25,567 bases of DNA from an uncultured Oscillospiraceae bacterium (GTDB lineage Bacteria; Bacillota; Clostridia; Oscillospirales; Ruminococcaceae). This document shows, piece by piece, positions 7,914 through 16,228 of this stretch. The first letter of the stretch is position 1, and every line of letters starts with the position of its first letter. The stretch spans positions 1 to 25,567 of the forward strand of contig CAYJOX010000001.1 of the NCBI GenBank assembly GCA_964371915.1. Reading direction: 5' to 3'. Both the position numbers and the translations under genes were made by a program. Under the pieces are notes generated by a model. That model saw only the letters and a program-made list of their open reading frames with translations, did no database searches and was not told the DNA's origin.

Positions 7914-9266
7914 ATGGAAAATGTCTTTCACTCGGTAACGCTGGACAGGGATCGCTGTAAGGGTTGTACCAACTGCGTTAAACGTTGCCCTACCGAGGCT
8001 ATAAGGGTACGTGCCGGAAAGGCAAAGATAATTAAAGAGCGCTGTATAGATTGCGGCGAATGTATAAGAATATGCGATGCACATGCCAAACTACCTATAG
8101 TGGATAGCTTGGATGTTATGTCCAACTACAAATATAAGGTCGCCCTTCCCGCACCGGTGTTATTTGGTCAGTTTAACAACCTGCACAGCATATCTACAGT
8201 GCTATACGGGCTTTTAAAGATGGGCTTCGACGATGTGTTTGAGGTTGCAAAGGCCGCCGAGCTTGTAAGTGATAAAACCAGGCAGGCAGAGATTTTTGAT
8301 AACCTTATTAAGCCGGTAATAAGTTCGGCATGTCCCGCCGTTGTGCGGCTTATAAGGGTGCGGTATCCGGAGCTTATAGATAATCTGCTACCCTTTAACG
8401 CACCCATGGAGCTTGCCGCTCGAATAGCAAAACAGGAGGCCGCAAAAAAAACAGGCCTATGTCCCGAGGATATAGGGGCTATATTTATCTCTCCCTGTGC
8501 CGCCAAGATGACAGCCGTTAAAAACCCTCTCGGCACCAGCTACTCCGCGGTAGATGCCGTTGTGGGTATTAGGGATGTATATCCCCTGCTTGTGCAGGCT
8601 ATGGGTAAAAAGGATAACGATGAAATAATGTCAAGGGCCGGAAGAATAGGGCTTTCGTGGGGGTCATCCGGTGGGGAAGCCTCGGCGATATTGCGCAGTA
8701 GCTACCTCGCGGCCGATGGTATAGAAAATGTTATCGAGGTGCTGGACAACCTTGAGGATGAAAAGTTTGCCGATCTTGATTTTGTTGAGTTAAATGCCTG
8801 TGCAGGTGGTTGCACCGGCGGCGTGCTAACCGTAGCAAACCCTTACATGTGCCGCACAAATCTAAAACAGCTATCGGATTATATGCCGATAAGCGGCCCA
8901 AGGGAAGAGATTGAGAATGTAGGCGATTTTATGCCGTTTGATAGCCCGATAGAGCACCTTTCGGTACTTAAACTGCACCCAAACCGCCACCGTGCGCTGG
9001 AGATGATGGGCGAGCTACAGGAGATAGAAAAACGTCTTTCCGGCAAGGATTGCGGCTCCTGCGGGGCACCCTCCTGCCATGCTATGGCGGAGGATATCGT
9101 TCGTGGTTTTGCGAGGGAGGATATGTGCATCTATAATCTACAAAAGGAGATAAAATCGGTGGCAGACGATTTAATGTACACCCTAGATACAGCCGAGGTG
9201 GCCGAAAAGCTAAATAAAATATCGGATAGATTTTCAACTATAGATATCTTGGAGGATAACAGATGA
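7914..9266 (+). CDS. Putative sensory [FeFe]-hydrogenase (group D / M2e-like; 2x[4Fe-4S] + H-domain + C-terminal FeS)
   Basis: Two N-terminal CxxCxxCxxxC motifs. H-cluster motifs SSACP, SPCAAK and ELNACAGGCTGG. C-terminal Cx2Cx4Cx16C (CGSCGAPSC...C). No PAS domain. Confidence 0.88.
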   Translation: MENVFHSVTLDRDRCKGCTNCVKRCPTEAIRVRAGKAKIIKERCIDCGECIRICDAHAKLPIVDSLDVMSNYKYKVALPAPVLFGQFNNLHSISTVLYGLLKMGFDDVFEVAKAAELVSDKTRQAEIFDNLIKPVISSACPAVVRLIRVRYPELIDNLLPFNAPMELAARIAKQEAAKKTGLCPEDIGAIFISPCAAKMTAVKNPLGTSYSAVDAVVGIRDVYPLLVQAMGKKDNDEIMSRAGRIGLSWGSSGGEASAILRSSYLAADGIENVIEVLDNLEDEKFADLDFVELNACAGGCTGGVLTVANPYMCRTNLKQLSDYMPISGPREEIENVGDFMPFDSPIEHLSVLKLHPNRHRALEMMGELQEIEKRLSGKDCGSCGAPSCHAMAEDIVRGFAREDMCIYNLQKEIKSVADDLMYTLDTAEVAEKLNKISDRFSTIDILEDNR

Positions 9267-9595
9267 ATGTTGCACAGTTTATAGAAAAAACAGGCTTTAC
9301 GGTACTGTGCGAGGGTGATAGCACAAGGGTAGTAGAGAAAAAAATATACTGCTGTGACCTGCTAAGCTACTGCATGACAAAGGCACCTACCGATGGTGTT
9401 TGGGTTACCGTAATGGGCAACATGAACGTTGTTGCCGTTGCCTCCCTTACCGATACCGCCGTGGTAGTAATTGCCGATGGCACCGAGCCGGACGAGGCGG
9501 CATTACAAAAGGCGATCGGGCAGGATATAACCATGCTTAAAAGCTCTATGCCTGTCTACGAGACGGCACTGCTTGCCGATAGGATACTATCCTGA
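9263..9595 (+). CDS. DRTGG-domain protein
   Basis: YCCDLLSYCM, VWVTVMGNMNVVAVASL. GGAGG RBS; ATGA overlap with the hydrogenase stop. Confidence 0.85.
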   Translation: MNVAQFIEKTGFTVLCEGDSTRVVEKKIYCCDLLSYCMTKAPTDGVWVTVMGNMNVVAVASLTDTAVVVIADGTEPDEAALQKAIGQDITMLKSSMPVYETALLADRILS

Positions 9596-10311
9596 TGCCG
9601 ATACAGTACGATCTACATATACACTCCGCCCTATCCCCCTGTGCTAACGATGATATGACACCAAATAACATAGTTAATATGGCGCTTATATCCGGCCTTG
9701 AGGTTATAGCGATAACCGACCACAACACTACCGCAAACTGTGCGGCGGTGCAGAGGGCGGCTAAGGATACAGGGCTAACGGTACTATGCGGAATGGAGCT
9801 GTGCACCTCGGAGGAGGTTCACACCGTATGCCTACTGCCCGATGCCGACAGTGCCTGGTATTTTGATCGCTTTGTTGCATCTAAAAGCATGGATCTAAAA
9901 AACCGCACCGATATATTCGGGCGCCAGCTTTTAATGGACGAGCAGGATAATATCATAGGCGAGGAGGAGCGGATGCTTAGTATGGCAACCGGAATATCCA
10001 TAACCGATCTGCACCATATAGTAAACCATTATGGCGGCGTAGCCTTTCCGGCACATATCGATCGCCCATCTAACGGAATAATCACCATGCTTGGTGCAAT
10101 ACCGGATGATTGCTATTTCGGTGCGGTGGAGATAAAGCGGATGCCGGATTTTATGGAAAAGCGTGGTGCCGCCGAGATACTTTCCCGTTATAACACCCTA
10201 ACCAGTAGCGATGCCCACTGGCTGGAGGCCATAAAGGAGGAGGGCGACCCGCTACCGGCGCAGGCAAACTTTAAATCGATAACAAGCTACCTAACCGAGC
10301 GTGTAAGGTAG
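9595..10311 (+). CDS. PHP-domain phosphoesterase
   Basis: Motifs DLHIHSALSPC, AITDHN, GME..EEVH, PAHIDR and SSDAH. Confidence 0.9.
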   Translation: MPIQYDLHIHSALSPCANDDMTPNNIVNMALISGLEVIAITDHNTTANCAAVQRAAKDTGLTVLCGMELCTSEEVHTVCLLPDADSAWYFDRFVASKSMDLKNRTDIFGRQLLMDEQDNIIGEEERMLSMATGISITDLHHIVNHYGGVAFPAHIDRPSNGIITMLGAIPDDCYFGAVEIKRMPDFMEKRGAAEILSRYNTLTSSDAHWLEAIKEEGDPLPAQANFKSITSYLTERVR

Positions 10312-10326
10312 AGAAAGGAACCCCTA

Positions 10327-11091
10327 TTGGAAACCATCACAAGCCGTAAAAACGCACAGATACTACAGCTTTTTTCACTTCTGCGGGATGCCGCACTGCG
10401 TGATGAAAGCGGCCTTTTTGCGGTGGAGGGGGTTAAGCTCTGTGCCGAGGCGATAACCGCCGGCATGGTAAGCGAGCTGTTTATAACACAGCAGTGTTTA
10501 GACAAACACCCCGAGCTTGCGGTGGTTAACTATAAGCTTGTAATGCCGCATGTCTACGAGCGCATTACGATGCTAAAGTCTCCGGAAGGGGTGTGTGCAC
10601 TATGCACTACACAAAAAACCACGGCAGAGCTTAAGGCCGGTGGGCGGTATCTTGTGCTATACGATATCCAAAACCCGGATAATGCCGGCGCCATGATACG
10701 CACCGCCGCCGCACTCTGCTACGATGGGGTAATAAGTTGTGGCGGTGTAAGCCTTACCTCACCAAAACTTATACGGGCGGCCGCAGGCGCAACCTTTGTG
10801 ATACCTACTATCAAGGCAGAGCCAAAAACGATATTTAGTATGTTACAACAGGCAGACCTTAGAACGGTAGCCACCTCACCTTCCGGCAGAACTCCGCTTA
10901 GTGATTGCAATATATCGGGCGGAGGGGCTATATTTATAGGAAACGAGGGGGGCGGCCTACCACAGGATATCATAGACGGCTGTAGTGATGCCGTAAGGAT
11001 AGAGATAGGCGGTTTCGAATCGCTTAATGCGGCGGTTGCCGCAGGAATAATAATGTACCATCTGCGAAACAAAGGAGAGATTAATGTCTGA
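10327..11091 (+). CDS. TrmH/SpoU family RNA 2'-O-methyltransferase
   Basis: TTG start after GAAAGGA. Motifs ITSRKN, FAVEG, IQNPDNAGAMIRTA, IGNEGGG and ESLNAAVAAGI. Confidence 0.9.
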   Translation: METITSRKNAQILQLFSLLRDAALRDESGLFAVEGVKLCAEAITAGMVSELFITQQCLDKHPELAVVNYKLVMPHVYERITMLKSPEGVCALCTTQKTTAELKAGGRYLVLYDIQNPDNAGAMIRTAAALCYDGVISCGGVSLTSPKLIRAAAGATFVIPTIKAEPKTIFSMLQQADLRTVATSPSGRTPLSDCNISGGGAIFIGNEGGGLPQDIIDGCSDAVRIEIGGFESLNAAVAAGIIMYHLRNKGEINV

Positions 11092-11737
11092 TATCAACGT
11101 TGCAGCCCTACTGGTTGTAGCCCTGCTGGGATACTTGATAGGTTCGATTATGTTTGCCATAATAATATCCAAGTTTTTCTTTAAAAAGGATATTCGCACC
11201 CTCGGCAGCGGCAATGCAGGCATGAGCAACATGATGCGAATTTTCGGCAAAAAGATAGGCATTACAACCTTTATCGGCGATACCTTAAAGGGTACAGCAG
11301 CGGTGCTTTTGGGGCGCTTGTTGGCAGAACAGCTGTTTGCCGCAAACGATATTACTATCTTACTTTCCGGCTTTATAGGGGCATTTGCGGTGGTAATCGG
11401 CCATATGTTCCCGCTATATTTCGGCTTTAAGGGTGGCAAGGGGGTTGCTACGGGTGTCGGCTGTGTTTTCGGCCTATACCCCCCTATCGCACCCTTTCTA
11501 CTTATAATATTTTATCTGGTATTTAAAACAACAAAGATGTTCTCGATGGGAAGTATTGTTGCAACTGCCTGCCTGCCCGTTATACAGCTTGTGCTAAACC
11601 TTGTGGGGGTTACGCAGTATGAAACATTGGGTATTGTTTTATCGGTCATACTGGCCGGTATGGTTATATTCATGCACCGCCAGAACATTAAACGCATAGT
11701 AACAGGAACGGAAGCGAAGTATAAAAATGAGCCATAA
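11084..11737 (+). CDS. plsY: Glycerol-3-phosphate acyltransferase PlsY
   Basis: Motifs GYLIGS, DIRTLGSGNAGMSN, DTLKG, GHMFPLYFGFKGGKGVAT and HRQNIKR. Confidence 0.95.
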   Translation: MSDINVAALLVVALLGYLIGSIMFAIIISKFFFKKDIRTLGSGNAGMSNMMRIFGKKIGITTFIGDTLKGTAAVLLGRLLAEQLFAANDITILLSGFIGAFAVVIGHMFPLYFGFKGGKGVATGVGCVFGLYPPIAPFLLIIFYLVFKTTKMFSMGSIVATACLPVIQLVLNLVGVTQYETLGIVLSVILAGMVIFMHRQNIKRIVTGTEAKYKNEP

Positions 11738-12413
11738 ATATTTTTACAGTGAAAAAAGAGGAGAATTTATCTTCCTTAACAAGGATGACGAGCGCCATCT
11801 CGTGCGTGCACTGCGCATCAAGCCGGGGGACGAGGTGCCGGTTTCCAACGGCGAGGGGGTAGATTATCTATGCAAGGTTATAAGCATCGAGCCGTTAAAA
11901 CTAAAGACAGAGCTTGAGCTTCCTCCCCAGCTGCAACGCAAGGATGTATCGGTATATATCTCCCTTTCCAAGGGGGATAAGATATCGCTTATTCTACAAA
12001 AATGCACCGAGCTGGGAGCAGGGCGCTTCTATCTGTTCTCTACCGAGCACAGCGATGCAAGGGCGGAAAATATCGAGTTTAAGTTGGAGCGTTACAACCG
12101 AATAGTAACCGAGGCGGCCAAGCAGTGCGGCAGAAGCACCCTTGCGAGTGTTAAGTTTCTAAGCGGAATAGACGAAGCCCTAAACTCCTGTAAAAACGAG
12201 ATTTTTATCTGCCACGAAAAGGCCACCAAGCGGCTTGTACAGCAGGATCTGCCACAGAGCCTATCCCTTTTTATCGGGCCGGAGGGGGGCTTTAGCGAGC
12301 AGGAGGTGCAGAAGGTTATAGCAAAGGGCGGCCGCTCGGTTAGCATATCGGCCAATATCCTAAGGTGTGAGACGGCGGCTATAACGGCAGTTGCCATAGC
12401 CATGGAGTGCTAG
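11727..12413 (+). CDS. rsmE: 16S rRNA m3U1498 methyltransferase RsmE
   Basis: Motifs HLVRALR, QKCTELG, EAAKQCGR, IGPEGGFS and ILRCETA. Confidence 0.93.
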   Translation: MSHKYFYSEKRGEFIFLNKDDERHLVRALRIKPGDEVPVSNGEGVDYLCKVISIEPLKLKTELELPPQLQRKDVSVYISLSKGDKISLILQKCTELGAGRFYLFSTEHSDARAENIEFKLERYNRIVTEAAKQCGRSTLASVKFLSGIDEALNSCKNEIFICHEKATKRLVQQDLPQSLSLFIGPEGGFSEQEVQKVIAKGGRSVSISANILRCETAAITAVAIAMEC

Positions 12414-12534
12414 GCACGGTAGCCGGCCTATCGTCCGGTTGTCTCGCTATCTATAGGTTAGCGTTACACCCTAACAGTTAAGGATTGTTTGTAAAAATTA
12501 GATATCATATTTTAGGAAGAAATTTAATTTTTTC

Positions 12535-12545
12535 TGTGTTATAAT
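12535..12545 (+). promoter_or_regulatory. Extended -10 promoter of adaA-ogt
   Basis: TGTG-T-TATAAT with no recognisable -35 at the expected distance. Confidence 0.55.
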
Positions 12546-12594
12546 TATATTAAAGCATTAACTACTGCTTGGCTATGTAAACGATGGTGAAGAT

Positions 12595-13146
12595 ATGATA
12601 AACATCTGTGATGATGAAAAATATTCGGCCGTTATCGGTAACGATATTAATTTTGATGGGCTTTTTTATTATGCCGTAAAGTCTACAGGCATATACTGCC
12701 GGCCTTCCTGTAGGTCAAGAGCACCGAAAAGGGAAAACACTCTATTTTTTGGCACGGCATCCGATGCCCAAAAGGCAGGGTTTAAGCCCTGCAAGCGTTG
12801 CAGGAGCGATCTTTTAAGCTACGAGCCTACAAGGGATATATCGGCAAAGGTTAAATCTTTAATCGATGAGATGTTTTTTGAACAGGCAAAATTAAAAAGC
12901 GAGCTTCGCGGCATAGGCATATCCTACCGGCAGATGGTAGAGATATTTAAAAACGAGTATGGGCAAACCCCTAAGGCTTATATAGATTCGCTTCGAATAA
13001 AGGAAGCCAAAAGGCAGCTTGCGCAGACAGATACTAACATAACGGATATCGCCTTATCGGTGGGTTTTGGCTCGCTATCCGCCTTTTATCGCCTATTTAA
13101 GGAGCATACAGGCACAACGCCGGCCGCTTACAGAAAGGAATTTTAG
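12595..13146 (+). CDS. adaA: Ada-type methylphosphotriester-DNA alkyltransferase / AraC-family activator
   Basis: Ada Zn site (VKSTGIYCRPSC...GFKPCKRC) plus a C-terminal AraC HTH (ITDIALSVGFGSLSAFYRLFK). Confidence 0.9.
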   Translation: MINICDDEKYSAVIGNDINFDGLFYYAVKSTGIYCRPSCRSRAPKRENTLFFGTASDAQKAGFKPCKRCRSDLLSYEPTRDISAKVKSLIDEMFFEQAKLKSELRGIGISYRQMVEIFKNEYGQTPKAYIDSLRIKEAKRQLAQTDTNITDIALSVGFGSLSAFYRLFKEHTGTTPAAYRKEF

Positions 13147-13148
13147 AG

Positions 13149-13610
13149 ATGGTAACCATTGCTGTTTATGAATCAAAACTCGGTTTTATACGGATTGAGT
13201 GTGAGGATAATGATGTTGTTTCGATTAAAAAATTAAACGAAACACCGGCGGAGACCAGTGAAAAAACCGCCTTTACCGATATGATCTTTGCCGAAATATC
13301 GGAGTATTTCGAGGGTAGGCGCAGGACATTCAGCTTTAATATTAAGCCCAAAGGCACAGAGTTTCAGAAAAAAGTTTGGGCGGCACTTTGTGATATACCG
13401 TATGGCGAAACAAGAAGCTATAAACAGGTTGCCACCGCCATCGGCAACGAGAAGGCGAGCCGTGCAGTAGGGATGGCAAACAATAAAAACCCTATACACA
13501 TAGCCGTGCCCTGCCACCGAGTAATAGGGGCAGGGGGGAAACTTGTCGGCTATGCCGGCGGCCTTGAGATGAAGGAGTTTCTGCTTAAAATGGAGAGCGA
13601 TAACAGATAG
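13149..13610 (+). CDS. ogt: Methylated-DNA--protein-cysteine methyltransferase (Ogt/AdaB)
   Basis: Motifs GTEFQKKVW, IPYGETRSY, RAVGMAN and the active-site PCHRV. Confidence 0.94.
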   Translation: MVTIAVYESKLGFIRIECEDNDVVSIKKLNETPAETSEKTAFTDMIFAEISEYFEGRRRTFSFNIKPKGTEFQKKVWAALCDIPYGETRSYKQVATAIGNEKASRAVGMANNKNPIHIAVPCHRVIGAGGKLVGYAGGLEMKEFLLKMESDNR

Positions 13611-13631
13611 CGGTACATTATACAAAAACAA

Positions 13632-13670
13632 AACAACTATCTGCCGGCATAAAGCCGGCAGATAGTTGTT
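13632..13670. terminator. Intrinsic terminator after ogt
   Basis: Perfect 17-bp stem AACAACTATCTGCCGGC-ATAAA-GCCGGCAGATAGTTGTT. Confidence 0.85.
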
Positions 13671-13743
13671 ATATGTTACCACCTCACGAGATGGTATGGG
13701 GCTTTTGGCTAAATAATAACGGTTCAAATCCCTTTTGCCTTAA

Positions 13744-13772
13744 TTGACATTTCGACTGTTTTGATGTAGAAT
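13744..13772 (+). promoter_or_regulatory. Sigma-A promoter of bioY
   Basis: TTGACA, 17 bp, TAGAAT. Confidence 0.75.
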
Positions 13773-13801
13773 ATGGGTAGAAAAATTAACAGGATAAAAA
13801 G

Positions 13802-14359
13802 ATGAGCGGTAAAAATACAAAGTTTTTAAAAACATCAGATTTAACAAAGATAGCTATGTTTGCGGCGGTAATATCGGTGATGGCTCAGATAGCCATACCC
13901 ATGCCTCTTGGGGTACCCATGACAATGCAAACCTTCGCAATCTCGCTTGCGGCTATAGTTCTCGGTGCGAAAAAAGGTGGCATAGCAACACTCTTATATG
14001 TGTTAATGGGGGCTGTGGGGCTACCGGTATTCTCGGAGTTTAGCTCCGGCTTTGCGGCATTACTCGGCCCTACCGGCGGGTTTTTACTATCCTTTCCGCT
14101 AATGGCCTTTGTCATAGGGCTTGGTGTTAGCTACTATAAAAATAAATTTACCCTTGCACTGTTTGTGGTGCTGGGTACGGTTTTAAACTATGCCCTGGGC
14201 GTTGCGATGTTCTGCCTTACTACCCAAAGTAGTATTGCGGTAGGGCTTGCGGCCTGCGTAATCCCCTTTATTCCAACCGCTATAATAAAGGCTGTTTTTG
14301 CGGTTTTAATAGGTATACAGCTACGCAAAAGGCTGGGCATGGCGGTAAAATGCCAATAA
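13802..14359 (+). CDS. bioY: Biotin ECF transporter S component BioY
   Basis: Motifs VPMTMQT, Y...GAVGLPVF, GPTGGFL and PFIP...IK. Confidence 0.92.
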   Translation: MSGKNTKFLKTSDLTKIAMFAAVISVMAQIAIPMPLGVPMTMQTFAISLAAIVLGAKKGGIATLLYVLMGAVGLPVFSEFSSGFAALLGPTGGFLLSFPLMAFVIGLGVSYYKNKFTLALFVVLGTVLNYALGVAMFCLTTQSSIAVGLAACVIPFIPTAIIKAVFAVLIGIQLRKRLGMAVKCQ

Positions 14360-14745
14360 GGTTAAGGCCTCACCACCTACTCTGTACCCAAGGGTATAGC
14401 GGTAAAGGGTATAGTGTGGGCTTTGTAGATAATATGAGTAGAATAGTGGGCGATCTGCGCGGCGGTGCAACGGTAGAGATTGTATACTCCACCGATGACA
14501 TCTGCGAAGATTGCCCCTCTATGCTTGGCGAGAATCTATGTGTAACTAACGATAAGGTTAACGAGTATGACCGCAAGGTGAGGGAGTACTTTGGTATCAC
14601 ACAGGGTGTATACCCCTATCTTGAGCTAACTAAAAAGATAAACGATAAAATAACGGTAGATCAGTTCGTAGATATATGTAGCGAATGCCAATGGTACCCT
14701 ATAAGTGCCTGTAAAAGGGTTATCTGTGGGTTAGGGGAACGGTAG
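14350..14745 (+). CDS. DUF1284-like Cys/His-rich protein
   Basis: LRPHHLLC..GYSGKGYS..F..N, DDIC..CP and C..C.W...C. Overlaps bioY by 10 nt. Confidence 0.8.
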   Translation: MPIRLRPHHLLCTQGYSGKGYSVGFVDNMSRIVGDLRGGATVEIVYSTDDICEDCPSMLGENLCVTNDKVNEYDRKVREYFGITQGVYPYLELTKKINDKITVDQFVDICSECQWYPISACKRVICGLGER

Positions 14746-14812
14746 GCTACCCCCCACGCCTGTACTGCGTATACCAGTGTTTTTTATAAAGAAAGCTAAA
14801 GGCACAAATTGA

Positions 14813-14841
14813 ACTCCCCCACCAACCTTTGGTGGGGGAGT
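14813..14841. repeat. Perfect 13-bp GC-rich hairpin
   Basis: ACTCCCCCACCAA-CCT-TTGGTGGGGGAGT. No clean U-tract on either strand. Confidence 0.75.
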
Positions 14842-15074
14842 GGGGAAGGTAGCAGGCTTGCGATTGCGAAATAGGATCTGTTGATACCGCTTTGTTTAGA
14901 AATATAATTTTTGGAGAGGATTAAAATATATTGAGCCTGCCGACCGCGCCTTTTATATTTACAACTAAGAGGGTGTAATGCCGTCTTATTTGTTACTCTT
15001 ATACTAACTCCAGAATATGTATAAACTGTGTTTAATTAGTGTGTTTTTAATAAAACTTTTTTATCCGATTTTGG

Positions 15075-15103
15075 TTGACATTATCCCGTTATTATATTAT
15101 TAT
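15075..15103 (+). promoter_or_regulatory. Sigma-A promoter of the gcv operon
   Basis: TTGACA, 17 bp, TATTAT, 45 nt upstream of the gcvT ATG. Confidence 0.7.
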
Positions 15104-15148
15104 TACCTTGTAACTTTTAAATGTAAAATTGAATAAAATGAGGAACTA

Positions 15149-16204
15149 ATGGGCAACAAAACACCACTTTACGAAGACCATATTGCACAGGGCGGGCGAA
15201 TGGTGGATTTTGCCGGCTTTATGTTGCCGGTACAGTACGAGGGGATTGTAGCAGAGCATAATGCTGTGCGCAGATCTGCAGGGCTTTTTGATGTATCCCA
15301 CATGACAGAGTTTCATATTAAGGGGCCGGATGCATTATCATACCTTAACAGGCTATGTACAAACAGCTTTGATAACCTTAGCCCCGGTAGGGTAAGATAC
15401 AGCCCGATGTGTTACGAAGATGGTGGCACGGTAGATGACCTTATTATCTACCGTTTTTGCAGTAACAGCTTTTTAGTTGTGGGCAACGCCTGTAACCACG
15501 AGAAGGATTACGCTCACCTATGTAAGATGATAAGCGGTGATGTAACCCTTGTAGACATATCGAAAACCACCGCACAGCTGGCATTGCAGGGCCCATGTTC
15601 GGCGCAGGTGCTACAGCGCCTTACCACCGACGAGCTGCCTACAATCTACTACAGCTTTAAGGAGCGGGTGATGGTTAGCGGGGTACACTGTCTTGTCTCT
15701 AAAACAGGCTATACCGGCGAGGATGGCTATGAGCTATACTGCCGTTCGGTAGATGTAGGGCGCCTTTTTGCGGCCATTGCGGCCGAGCCGGAGGTAACCC
15801 TTTGCGGCCTTGGGTGTAGGGATACACTGCGTTTTGAGGCATCGATGCCCCTATATGGGCACGAGCTATCGCCCGATATTACTCCGCTTGAATGTGGCCT
15901 TAACTTTGCCGTAAAGCTTGATAAGCCGGATTTTATCGGTAGGGATGCATTGTTAAAGCCCTCGAAAAGGCAAAGGATAGGGCTTAAATTAACAGGGCGT
16001 GGCATTGCAAGAGGGGGAGAAAAGGTTTTTGCAAACGGTAGTGAGGTAGGCTTTGTAACCTCCGGTAGCCACTGCCCCAGCCTTGATGGTGCCTATGCAA
16101 TGGCGATAGTAGACTGTGATGAGCAGGATTACGAGATTGTGATACGGGGTAAAAGTGTTGCCGCAAGGCGATGCAACCTGCCCTTTTATTCAAAGAATAA
16201 CTAG
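15149..16204 (+). CDS. gcvT: Glycine cleavage system T protein (aminomethyltransferase)
   Basis: Motifs [36 protein letters not shown] and [12 protein letters not shown]. Confidence 0.96.
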   Translation: MGNKTPLYEDHIAQGGRMVDFAGFMLPVQYEGIVAEHNAVRRSAGLFDVSHMTEFHIKGPDALSYLNRLCTNSFDNLSPGRVRYSPMCYEDGGTVDDLIIYRFCSNSFLVVGNACNHEKDYAHLCKMISGDVTLVDISKTTAQLALQGPCSAQVLQRLTTDELPTIYYSFKERVMVSGVHCLVSKTGYTGEDGYELYCRSVDVGRLFAAIAAEPEVTLCGLGCRDTLRFEASMPLYGHELSPDITPLECGLNFAVKLDKPDFIGRDALLKPSKRQRIGLKLTGRGIARGGEKVFANGSEVGFVTSGSHCPSLDGAYAMAIVDCDEQDYEIVIRGKSVAARRCNLPFYSKNN

Positions 16205-16228
16205 ATAAACTTGAAAGGAATTACAACT

